A stretch of DNA of 64,000 nt from Hydrolagus colliei (lineage: Eukaryota), in the NCBI GenBank assembly GCA_035084275.1, contig CM068750.1:8060001-8124000 (forward strand), given 5' to 3'. Both the position numbers and the translations under genes were made by a program. Shown here in pieces: positions 13,677-25,415 of this stretch (position 1 is its first letter; the number at the start of each line of letters is the position of its first letter). The notes beneath the pieces were generated by a model. The model was not told where the DNA came from. It did no database searches and saw only the letters and a program-made list of their open reading frames with translations.

Positions 13677-15122
13677 ATCGGAATGGGTCATTTAAAAAAA
13701 ATGTACCTGAATGGTTGTCACCATGTTTATAGGTGAGATCATGTGTATGATGGCTATCCTTGGGCAGAGTTGTGGATTGTACATCATATCACAAACTGGT
13801 AGCTCAACCAATTGATGGGGCCTGCCCTCTAGACTCGCCCACCTTGCTGGTCAATAGGAGCTCATTTAGATTTGAATAGCAAATTGGAAAAGTGCATTAA
13901 TCCTTGCAGGCTTTAACTTCCAAAGAAGGTATTTTTTTTCCAGATATATTGGTTTTTCAGATAATCTTTCAGATCAATCTAGAGACATCTCATCGTTATG
14001 GTACTGGTACATGAGGTATGCCGACATGAGGTTCGATATGATTGCATTTCAATTTAATTTCTGCTCAACCCAGTTCAGTGCCTTATCAAACAGACCCGAC
14101 CTGACTGTACAGCGCCTTGGGACATCCTCCCGCTGTGAAGGGCGCTCTATAAATGTAATTTTGTGGGTTGTTGTTTCTAACTTCATGCGGACCAATTGCT
14201 GCACAAGCAAAACTGGCATTGAAGGTTTCTTCTGAAGAAAGATCAAGAAGAAAGATCAAGCTACACATCTTTTTAGCCTTGTGCTTGTTCAGCTAGTCAC
14301 CATCTGGCCTTTAGGCATTTAACACTTGTAGATGTCAACTTCAGCCCAGTTGAGCCAACAGGGAAGACAGATGCAGGGGAAACTCAAAAGACATATTGCA
14401 CCAGCAGCAAGACTTTGACACATCACTCATAGCTTGCCAATGAGCCTGAATATAATGTCACCGTTAGACTCCCTACATGGAGGAACTGTAATGATGACTC
14501 CATCAGGCCACTCCATCACCTTCCTGCTTAATAGCATAATGACAGATCCCTGGGACCATGATAGTACTCCATCCTTGGGCATGTGTGATATAATCAAAGT
14601 CAACATTTCAAAATTATTGCAAAGAAAACAATTTTCTCCGTTGGAAAAATAAATCCTGAAAATCTGAATTGACTACTTCTACAGTCTTACAGATTGTTAT
14701 TTTGTTGCTCATTCTGTGAAGACTGTATTACAATTTAGTATTACCGATAGCATTGATTAATTTTTATTGAAGCAAAAAATTATTGTTTGTGTATTGGGTG
14801 GGGAGGGAAGAAAAGATGAAAGAACTGCGACTTGGCACTTACTTCAGTATGGAATATGCTACTGTACCTTTTCTAAGTGTGACTAAACACCAAAGAACAG
14901 ATTTTGCATGTTGTTGGTAATACCAAATGACACAAAAGGGACACACATTGTGTAATTAAAGTTTGCTGCGGAATGCCCAATTAGATCAAAACATTGAAAA
15001 TGAGCCTGAGTTTAGCTGTCTGAGCACAATTAACCTTATTTGTTGACCTGCCTAATATATCATCAAGATGCAAATTTTAACATTTCTGACTTGTGTGAAT
15101 GTTTGAACAAACAAGTTCAATT

Positions 15123-16090
15123 CATAGAATCATAGTAAACAGCACAGAAGGAGGTAATTCGGCCCATCATGTCTGAGCGTGCACTCTGAAAAGAGCTGTC
15201 CAAATCAATCCCACTCCCCCACTCTCTTCCCATAGCCCTACATACCTGTCCTCCCCAAATAACTATTCAATTCTCCCTTGAAAGTTGTTATCAAATCGGC
15301 TTCCGCTACTCTTTCAGGCAATGCATTCCAGATCCAAACAACTCATGTTGTAAAAAAAAAGTCCTCATCCCTTTTTTTTTAACAATTATTTTAAATCTGT
15401 TTCCTTGGGTTACTTACCCACTCACCAGTGCAAATAGTTTCTCATTATTCACCCTATCAAATCCCCTCATAATTTTGAAAACTTCTATTATGTCTCCTCT
15501 TAACCTTGTCTGCTCCAAGGAGAATAATTCTACCTTCTCTAGCCTCTCCTGTTAACTCAAGTCCCTCATTCCTGGTACCATTCTGGTGAATCTCCTCTGC
15601 ACCCTCTCCAATGTCTTGATGTCCTTCCTAAAGTGTGATGCCCAGAATTGAAAACAGTACTCTAGCCGTAAAGGTTCATCATAGTTTCTTGACTTTTGTA
15701 TTCTATGGTCCTATTTATATATCCTATTATCCAGTATGCTTGTTTTTTTAACAGCTTTATCTGCTTGTCCTACCACCTTCAAAGATTTATTTATATAAAC
15801 CCCCAGTCTCTCTGTTCCTTCACCCACTTTAAAATTCTACCAACTAGCTTGTACTACTACTTCTCCTCATTCTTCCTTCCAAAATGCATCACTTTGCATT
15901 TATCCACATTAAACTTAATCTGCCACATGTCTGTCCATGTTACCAGACTGTCTATGTCCTCTTGCAGTCAGCTACTATCCTCCTCAGTGTTTGCTACTTT
16001 TCCTAGCTTTGTATCATCTGCAAACTTGGAAATTGTACTGCCTGCACCCAAATTCAGGTCATTTATGTTGACCAAAAACAGCAACGACAC
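15123..16090 (-). mobile_element. CR1-clade LINE 3' fragment, degenerate
   Basis: Reverse complement of ~16006-16033 reads ISKFADDTK (CR1 RT motif). The 3' end reads tgggccgaatt.cctccttctgtgctg...ctatgattctatg, the characteristic CR1 tail. Confidence 0.88.
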
Positions 16091-16269
16091 CACTGTGCAC
16101 ACTTCTGGCCAACCAGAAAATCAATAACAATTGCCTGGATTCTTTTGATTTCAGTCCAAGGAGGGAAACAAATGGGCACTTTGCTTGTGTTGTTTGAAGA
16201 AATACAGTAGGTTTCGTGATTAAATAGCATTACTGCCTTAGATTTCATGGAAGCTATGACAATATTTTT

Positions 16270-16600
16270 TCATGGTTATGTGCGGGACATTGCTGTGTGC
16301 AAGTTAATAATAATAGTAATCCTTACATTTGATACAGAGCTTTTTGTGTATTCTAGATGTCTCAAAGCACTTCACAGAATATACTGTAAATTGAATTGAC
16401 TGTATATTTGTGAATCGACCGAGTTATCTCGCTTGCAAGGTGAGTGCTCTAACCATTGAACTACAGGACTCCACTGTAGTTGACAAGTTGACAGTCGCGT
16501 TCGCCTATAAAATACACAGTAATTACACTTATTTGCTTGAAGCATTTTGAGACATTTTCCTGATGTGAAAGGCACTATATCAAATGCAAAGATTATTATA
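16270..16600. mobile_element. Nested SINEs: minus-strand internally deleted copy (~16306-16471) inside a plus-strand copy
   Basis: The plus-strand body stops at gtgcaagtt (16305) and resumes at caagttgacagtcgcgtt (16484). Between them lie a reverse-complement SINE tail and head. Confidence 0.75.
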
Positions 16601-19209
16601 AATAATGAATGATACAATTTTGCCACTATTTAGATTATATAATGAGGTTTGCAGAGTAAACTGGTCATCTGAATATTGACAATATTAATGGGGGCAAATT
16701 AATGGGATTACAAATGAATAATAATAATAATCATTACATTTATATAGCGCTTTCCACATCTTATAAACGTTTTAAACTGCTTCACAAAATGAAGTGTTGA
16801 TTTTAATGCCTTTGTTCAATGGTGCACAATAAATTGTATCTAGTTCCTTCTGCAAAAGAAGAACATGAAGATGACTGTATCAAAGAATCTGTTGGGTCCT
16901 TGCATTGGCATCTGGTATACACAGTTTTACGATAGTTAGTGACACTGGTAAATAACAAAAAACATAGATAATAAATACTTAGGGAATTATAGATTAGTGT
17001 ATATTATACTGAAAAACCTTTGGACGAGTTCCAAGTATTTACATAAGATTACACTGCCGATAAATTATATAAATATAATTCTAAAAACATAAAATGACAG
17101 CATGTAATGCAGACAATTAGTACAAGCAACTATGAATACTGTTTACAATTCTTTTAACAATGATTTGCTGATGGGGAATGATTGTAATCTTGAGGGAAAT
17201 AGTGCAAACTGAGCTGAATGATATGAATGAGAGGAATGTTTCTACTAAGGCCAAATTGCAATGAGGAATCACATAACTGATAATGCAACACATCAGGCAT
17301 TGTCCAATAAAGTGACAAGGTGTGCTGATTAATCCCACATCTCATTTCTGCCTTTTAAAGCACAACTCCACTAGATTATAATATCACTGTGATCTTGTGA
17401 TCATCTGAAGTTACATTTTAGAAGGTGGAAATTGGAAGTAAGATTAATCGGGACATGCTATCACTTCATTCAATAATGCCAATGTGAAAGGCGCTATGCA
17501 AATGTAATTTTAATGTTGTGGTCTGTCTCCTTCAGCCGTGCAACTCATTGCGCATGCATGTGTCTTTATTTGTGTGTGTGTAAAATTACACACATACAAG
17601 CAAATCTGCTCATACACAAAGCAGCAAATGCACATGTAGCATCACAAGCCATTAGAAGACCAGTTTACAACCGTCAAACTTCATGAGCTTTGAGTTTCTG
17701 GACCCTTCTCGCGTCACTTGGTCTTTTTGTGTTGCTTTGTTGTGCAGTATTCTTCCTGGCTGTGGCAATGAAAATGTCAGCAATCACTATCATTCAAGCA
17801 GCAGTAATGAAAAAAAATGCCTGAGCTCCATGAATGGAATTCTTGATAAATGCATCTACTAGCATTTATAGTAGCATTTCACAGTGAAATGCGCTATATC
17901 AAGTGCAAGGATTATCATTATTATGTCCAAGAATGTTTACATTTGTTTGGAAGGAGATATAGTGGAAATTCTGAGGAGGATTTCTAAACCGATCTTTTGT
18001 CCATCACTCTTGATCATTTCTGTTTCATGAAATCAGTTCATATCTGAATGTGCAACTGAAAACAGACTCTAATTGATGGTATTTTAACTGTGAGACCTTG
18101 TAGGGAACTTTAACAAATTGAATATAAACTGGGCATTTGGATTTTTTAAAAAAAACTGCAGCATTGTAATTCAAAATCAACCAAACAGTATACATTATGT
18201 GTATCTTCATTGGTTTGGAATGGTTTGTTGCTAACTTAACCATGTTCATAACTGAGATCACCTTGACATCTGGAAGAACAAGTTCACTCAATGATACAAG
18301 CCAATGTTATAACCTAATTGTCCTTTATTCATTTCAAAGAAGGAGCCAGATAAATGCCGTAAAAAAAGCAGTTTATTGAAAGTTAGTTAATTGCTTGTAA
18401 ACTGAAGATGGCAGAGCAGGGTCCTAGTAAGCAATTTGTAATTGATAAGATTTGTCAGAAAATCTACATTATAGTGCTTTTATGTCAATAAAATGTCTCC
18501 TGGGAGACATTGTTAGATTTTGCTTTAAATAACCCAGATCAGATCTTATAACAAAATGAAAGGAGCTGAGTGTTACTGGGATTGCAGTATAGCACTTAAT
18601 TGCATCCTGCTGGGCACTGAGCAGATAAAAGATACAAATTTAATAAGCCATGGGATTTGATTGTGTCCGTGGCCAATTTCGAAACCTTCAAAGTGTTGCA
18701 ATGAAAACCGATTCACAAGACCTCTGCTTTCACTTTGACATTGCCCATCTCGATGTGGTTCGGATTGAGTGGCATCATCATCAATTCACATTTAATTGAT
18801 AGCTGTTGCTGAAAAATGTCCGAAGTGGCCTAATTCCCCAGAAGGTCAGAATATCATAAAAGCTGCATCTAAAGCTACCAGAGGCACCAGCGAAAAAAAA
18901 AGTTGCTGCACAGTGCAAGATAAATGTGGTAATGTTTCTCAGTTTACTTTCTTGCTGTGAGAACGTAGGAACCTCTGTTGTTAGCCATATAAACAGTGTC
19001 CCAACGAACAAGTTTGAATGTATTTGCACTTGCATCCCAGCCAAGTGTTCCAGAACAACCACAACTGTTCAAAATCTTCATATGAATTAGCTAAAGTCTG
19101 ATTTTATATTTTATATTGAGAAAACATACAGAACTAAGAACTAGGAGGTTTTGAAGGGAATGTTGTTACTGTAGATAGGGTTAGTCTTATGTTTCTTTGG
19201 TTTTCTTAG

Positions 19210-19261
19210 GTTAACCACTTAACCTTGAATGAAAAGCTCCATCTAAAGTGTCTGCAATAAG
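19210..19261 (+). other. Candidate 52-nt non-coding (5'UTR) exon of FUT8
   Basis: Pyrimidine-rich acceptor atgtttctttggttttcttAG| and consensus donor AAG|GTAAGC, 52 nt apart. Motif evidence only. Confidence 0.35.
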
Positions 19262-19388
19262 GTAAGCTTGGATTTATCACCCCACATCTGAAGTCTGAAT
19301 AAAAGTAAGAACTACACAAAGCTCACAGATATTTGTTAGGCAATCATGTTTAATTGGTAGCCTCATCCTCCAATTCCCAAATTATATA

Positions 19389-19651
19389 CAGGTATCCACT
19401 GATTTATGATATCTGTATTTACATGATTTTGATTTAACAAATGTAATTTTTTAACACCTTTTTATCAATGTACAATATTTTGTTTCATTTTTACAAAATT
19501 TAAAAATTATACTTCTGTATAATTTTGTCAAAAGAACGCATCTCGGATTATATAATGGAACCATATGCGAAAACCCATTCCGATTTATGACATTTCGATT
19601 TACGTGACACTTTTCAGGAACACAACCCTGTCGTAAATTGGGGGATACCTG
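19389..19651. mobile_element. Tc1/mariner (Tigger-like) MITE, 263 bp, older
   Basis: Imperfect 21-bp TIRs CAGGTATCCACTGATTTATGA versus (reverse complement) CAGGTATCCCCCAATTTACGA, flanked by TA on both sides. Internal repeated GATTTA motifs. Confidence 0.8.
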
Positions 19652-22600
19652 TACTTGTAAAACAAATCCAAGTCAAAGCAATGATGACATGTTGTGTGAT
19701 GACACAGAACAATAAATAGTGGAAGTTGAGCTGGTGGTTGCAACACTACCTTGTTAATGTGTTGTTTTAAAAAATGTTTCCCCCTGCTTGAATTAACCCC
19801 ATCTTGCTTTTATGTAAGGTATAATTCTATTGGAACAGATTTCTTTTATTTTTCTGATACACTGCAGTAAGAAACTCAAATGCCTGCAGTATATCAAATT
19901 TCATCAGACTTGTAATGCTGAACCTCTTCTTCGACTGTAACTTCGGTCACCCTCCTTCCCCCACCTACCCTCTCAGATACCCATCCAGTGACTTGGGACG
20001 TCCTCCCAATGTGAAATGTCAAATGTAATCTTGTTGTGGTGTTGCTACTTTATTGTGGATGGATGCAACATTCCTCTTTCCTGTAGTGACTGCCGATTTA
20101 CCATGGATCAGTTGAACTGATCTGAAGTAAAAACATATTATCCAGTGTAACTATCTTCAAAATGCACTCGCAGGAGTATTTCATGGGCAGGAATATGTGC
20201 TTAGGTGTTCCCACCTAAGGTGTTACTTAAACTGCTGAAGCAGTTAAGGAATGATGTAGAATTCCTTAACTGCTTCAGCCTTTATAACCTCATCCTCTAT
20301 CAAGGACTTGACCCCATCTTAACACCACCTCGCCACTTCTCAACTTGTCACGTAGTCTCCTCTTTAATTCAATTAGTACATTATGAGTTTTCGCCCTTTT
20401 TCTTCATACATTTTGTAAAAAAGTACATAGTTTAAAGAACTTGGCAGAGCATTGCTATTGTGAGTAAATGATTGAATTTTTATAAAATGGGTTTAAATGA
20501 TCTTTAACACACAATAGCTCCTCACATTGACTGGTACGCCTGGCACACAATCACACTCTTTTTGACAAAGAAACAATGATTCACATGAATATAACAAATG
20601 TTTTGGGTAAATGCTAAATTTGAGCATTTCACCGCCCAGCGTCCATCGGTGTGCCAAAGTGCACACATGCAGAACATCACAATTGAGGTTTTGGTATTTG
20701 TATTAGTTCCAACTGACAGTGTTTTGGAGTAGGAAATATAAACCAGGTTTCACTTTTCTTTCACCTGATGGTTCCCTTCCCAGCAATGCAAACACTACAT
20801 TGCAGCTGGAACAGGATAATGAGACTTTTATCTAGTTGGCCTGGGGAAGATTCTGATCCAGTCCCCCGAGTTAGAAAGCCTCTGTATAAACTGTTCACAT
20901 CAGTCTTTGATGCCTCACTCCCCCCCACCCTCCCCCCATACATAGGGCAACCTTTTCTCAGACACATGTTAATATCACAATTTCTCAAAAGTCTTCCCAC
21001 CACTAACTCCTGCCCCAAGCAGATAATCCATAGCTTTTGTCTGTAACCTTTTTATTGATGTGAATGTGTGTGCTGAAGTAATTATGACAATGAAAAGAAG
21101 TAGGCCACTGGTCAGTTACATCTGCCAGAAAGTGGTGTTCAAAAGACTGTCCTTAAAAAAAATATTTTTGACGGATTAAGTAAGGTGTTTCACAAGATAG
21201 ACGATTTAGACCCAAAACACATGCATTCAAATACACCAAGCCTGCCAACCAAGATGTTTGTGAAGGTTAAGTTTAGGTCAGGAAGTAATTCTTCATAGAA
21301 AAGGTTATCAACAACTGGAAAGTGTTATTGGGATGGATGGTTTTACAGCTGGATACGGCACTGTGGACCAGATGGCATCTTGATGCTATAGTAGAAACAT
21401 AGTAAGATTGCTATTCCAGAATATTGAGATCAAATGGGTCGATGTCTGAACGGATTTCAGGATTGTTTTAATATTTCAGTTGTGGTGGTTGGTATCACTT
21501 GTAGCTTCTAATATAAATGATCGTTGTCATTGTTACATTTTTCCTCTCTATTGCTGTATCAGGGAAATTACTTCTGGTCCTGCTGCACATGATGAGCCAA
21601 CGGGGAGGAGAGGATTTGATCTTGAATCTTTGTGATCTTCTTGTGGGCAAGCCTTCAATTGAAATGTTCAGCATTTGTTCTACTATCAGCCCCTGGTGCA
21701 ATGTCATTTTGGTTGAAACTCATTTGTGTCCAGAAGCGAAGTTTTTTTTATGGTGGGTGGTGATGGGGGGGTGGTGATGGGGGGGGGGGGGGGGGTGGAG
21801 ATGAAAGAAGTAAAATAAAACCGCATAAATTAATACAGATGCACAGAAAGATTCAGTGCAGCTGTCAGGCTAACAGTGGAATGTGGTTTTTGTTAGGGTC
21901 ATTAATGAAGCAGAAAGTAAGAGCTGCTCAAATTACAATTACTGTATATGATACTTTGAAATCTGAATGAACAAACACATTTTTTTTTCCTTTCTAGCAT
22001 CAGTTGCAATACTCTGAAGTGTCCTTGTCTTTTTTCAAGGAACTGTCAACTTATGATTGATTTCACATGGCATGAGGAGCTTAGCTGCCTTCTCTTTATA
22101 TTACTTTTGCAGCTTGCAATGCAGTTAGTCGCAGCAATTCAGTCTCACGTAATCTGAAAATAGCTCTTGCCTGCGAAGCAGTGCAACTCTTTCCTGCAGT
22201 CCAGCGGTGTTTTTTGTTTTGGTTTTGTTTTATATTTCACATATAAATCCTCCCTTTAGAAACTTGCATTGAGCACAAAAATGAAATAAAAACTCTGAAA
22301 TGCTTCACTCGCTAGCTGGGCCTTTCTGTGCAAAAGAACAATGGTACCTGGGATTTACAGAGAGAAACATGTAAACTCCATTGGCTGATCCAGTACAGTA
22401 TTTATACGAACAGGGAGGGAAACGTTCCTTGTAACTGGTTCTTGGGTTCACCAGCATGGTTGCTGTTGGAGCCACAAGCAACTGAGATGTATTTAAGATA
22501 TAATTGTTACAACATCAGTGGTAAGAGTGTAATTGAGGGTTAAAGTGCTTTGAGACATCTTGAAGACTGTAGTAAGGCAGTATATCAAATGCAAGGATTA

Positions 22601-22938
22601 GGTTTATTTTTATCGGTATAGTATTAATCTGTTAATTGTTCTGTTGAGGTTTTGGTACGCTTTTCTAAACTGGTTTATAACTGGGGTCAGAGAGTTCACA
22701 GTGGGTGTTTTCTTTGCTTCCTTTTTATTCCAGTAAATTCACTTTAATCCCCAAAGTAAATAGATCAATCAAGATTTGGCACTTCAGATGTCACCACAAG
22801 AGATTATTAACACCAATGTTGGAAACTCTGGAAGTTATTGTTTAACTAGGGGAAACTGAGCTGCATATTTTTATTTCAGCCTCTTCCTCCACCGCCCATC
22901 ATTGTTGTAACATTTTTTCTACTGTGAACTGGAGGTAT

Positions 22939-24011
22939 CAACAACAACAACTTAAACTTATAAAGCGCCTTTCACGTCGGGAGGACGTCCCAAGGCGCTG
23001 CACAGGAGGCGTGTGACCCGAGCTGGGAGGGGAGTGTTCGGGAAGGGGTGAAACACATAGGGGAAGTCGAAAAATTCGGGGGGGAACAAAAGGCACGGTC
23101 AAAGAGGAAAGTCTTCAAATCGGCCTTGAAAGAGGAAAGGGAAGAAACAAGGTGGAAGGATTGGGGGATGGAATTCCACAGGGTGGGAGCGGAGAAACTG
23201 AAGGCCTGGCCTCCGATGGTGGGGCGGTTCAGGCGGGGGGCTTGGAGCAGGCCAATTCCTGCTGAACGGAGGGTCCGGGTGGGCTTGTAGGGGGAGAGTA
23301 GATAGGTTAAATAGGGCGGGGCAAGGCCGTGTAAGGCCTTGAAGGTGAGGATGAGGATCTTGAACTTGATCCTCTGGAGGATGGGGAGCCGGGCGAGGGT
23401 GGGGGTTATGTGGTTGCGGAGGCGGGTGCGGGATAGTACACGGGCTGCAGAGTTTTGGATGACCTGCAGTCTGTGAATGGAGGAACTGGGGAGGCCGACG
23501 AGGAGAGAGTTTCCATAGTCCAGCCGTGAGGTGATGTACGCGTGCACGAGTGTTTCGGCAGCGTGGGGGGTGAGATAGTTGCGGAGCCTGGCAATGTTGC
23601 GCAGGTGGAAATAAGCGGTGCCGGTAAAGGCATGGATGTGGGGGAGGAAGGAGAGTTTATGGTCGAACGTGATGCCGAGGTTCCTGACTGGCTTTATGAG
23701 GTGGAGAGTGCAGCCTTGGATGTTGAGGCTGGCTGCGCCCGATGTGCGGAGGCACTGGCTTGAGCCAATCAGGAGGGCCTTGGTCTTTTGGAGGATTCCA
23801 TTCAATTGGAGGAAGTTGTCCCTTGTCCAGGACTCAATGTCGGACAGACATGCTGCCAGAACATCGATGGTCTGGGGGTTGAGGGATGAGCAGAAAGTAC
23901 AGCTGGGTATCGTCCGCATACATGTGGAAATTTACCCCATGTTTGCGGATGACGTCGCCCAGAGGGAGCGTGTAAAGGGTGAAAAGGAGGGGGCCGAGGA
24001 CAGAGCCCTGG
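22939..24011 (-). mobile_element. 5'-truncated L2-clade LINE (RT C-terminal half plus 3' UTR/tail), frameshifted
   Basis: Minus-strand ORFs carry [60 protein letters not shown] and RIKFKIL.LTFKALHGLAPPYL, typical of L2 ORF2. Frameshift just after YADDTQLY. Ends in a stem-loop and (GTT)n tail; GC/CpG-rich, so relatively young. Confidence 0.95.
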
Positions 24012-24879
24012 TGGGTATCAATGGAAAGCATAGGAAGAATCGACTGTTTTTCTTAAGCTTACTGAAAGTCCATTCTGGAGATGGGGTAAAGCCCAACTAC
24101 TGAACTGTTTGGTGTGTTTTATCTGTCAGAAAATTTAGCATCCGTCATGAAGAGAGAGATATACACAAAGCAGGTAATGAATTCTGATTTAATGAACAAC
24201 TCACAGAGAGCTGAGTGCTAATATATGTGAGTCAACAATTCCTCATGTTCCTAAAGGCTTTCAAGACTGCTAGAAAAGGAGTTGGCTCGTTGTTTAACAA
24301 AAATTCACTCAAGTTAATTAAAATGTTTGTGTTATCTACTTGGACAAGCGTTTCTTACTGAACATCTCGCAACCCATTGAATTTTCAATCATATATAGAT
24401 CTCACTCTTTACAGTATTTTACAGGCAGATCTTTTTTTTCCTGCTCCAGGAGTAATGGCTAGTCGTAATTTGGAGACTATTTGTGTTTTCCAGCCACCAA
24501 TAATGGGAAGAAGCACAGACAGCAATTCTAGATGGATGTCTCAGAGGAAATTTTAAGACATTTGTATAAAATTATAAGCGTTAAATTTATTTGGTGACTT
24601 TCATGTTGGGAGGGTGTCTCAAGTTGTTTCACAGAATATACTGTAAGTGGAGTGATTATATTTTATAAATATCTTTTAAAAAAAAAGTTATTCCATAGAA
24701 CATTTCAGCACAAAAATGTGTTAATTCCAGATTCCAAATCATTTATATAAATGGAGAAAAGCAGTGGTCTTACCAGAGCAACTCATAATTGACATTGAAA
24801 TTTGCTTAAAACATTTGTCAAACATCCCGTTTGAGCCTTACCTTCTTATAACTGAACATTATTATTAGTATTACATCAG

Positions 24880-25415
24880 CACCTTCTTCCTGTTGATAGT
24901 GACTGACTCACTAACTGAACCAGTGTGTCACCTTGGCAGTTTATTGACCGCCAGCTCTGTTTCAAAGCCTTCGCTATGACCCTCTTCTTTCATCTCCAGC
25001 TCATTGCCTGCTTATGTCCCTATCTTATTCCCTCAGTGTCTGAAATCCTCATCCATGGTTTTATCTTCTGAAGCCTGCATTTCTCCATAACCTGTCACAT
25101 TCCATCCTCCATAAGTTGCCGCTCATCCAAAACACTGTAGCCCATATTCTCTCCAGACCAGACTGCATACATCCCATATCCACGTACACCATAAGTGGTT
25201 GAACTTTCAGCCGCTATTCCCTTAGCTCTCTGGAACAACTCTCAAGCCTTCCTTCATCCTTTCCTTTTGCTGTTTGCCTTAAACCTACTGGGTCGACATG
25301 TTCAGAATTCTCTTTCTCATCTTGCCCCTCCACTACTCTAATCTTCATATTCTTTGGAAAATGCCTCACGACATTATTTTACATGAAAGGCGCAGTAGAA
25401 GTGCAAGTTATTGCT
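24880..25415 (+). mobile_element. Old degenerate L2 3' fragment
   Basis: ctgaaatcctcatccatggttttatc (AE.LIH.F.-like), ctcatccaaaac.ctg.agccc (L.QN.AA-like), and tail tgaaaggcgc...gcaagttattg. Confidence 0.6.

Noticed and set aside
13790-13900. CCAAT- and GC-box-like motifs next to the gap, as a possible FUT8 promoter
   Set aside because: There is no CpG enrichment or clear first-exon donor, and the motifs are too short to support the call. The gap content is unknown.
15696-16127. 143-aa plus-strand ORF
   Set aside because: It is the antisense reading of the CR1 RT fragment (FVSSANL is the reverse of KFADDTK).
23048-24103. Plus-strand ORFs of 73-161 aa
   Set aside because: They are antisense shadows of the L2 reverse transcriptase region.
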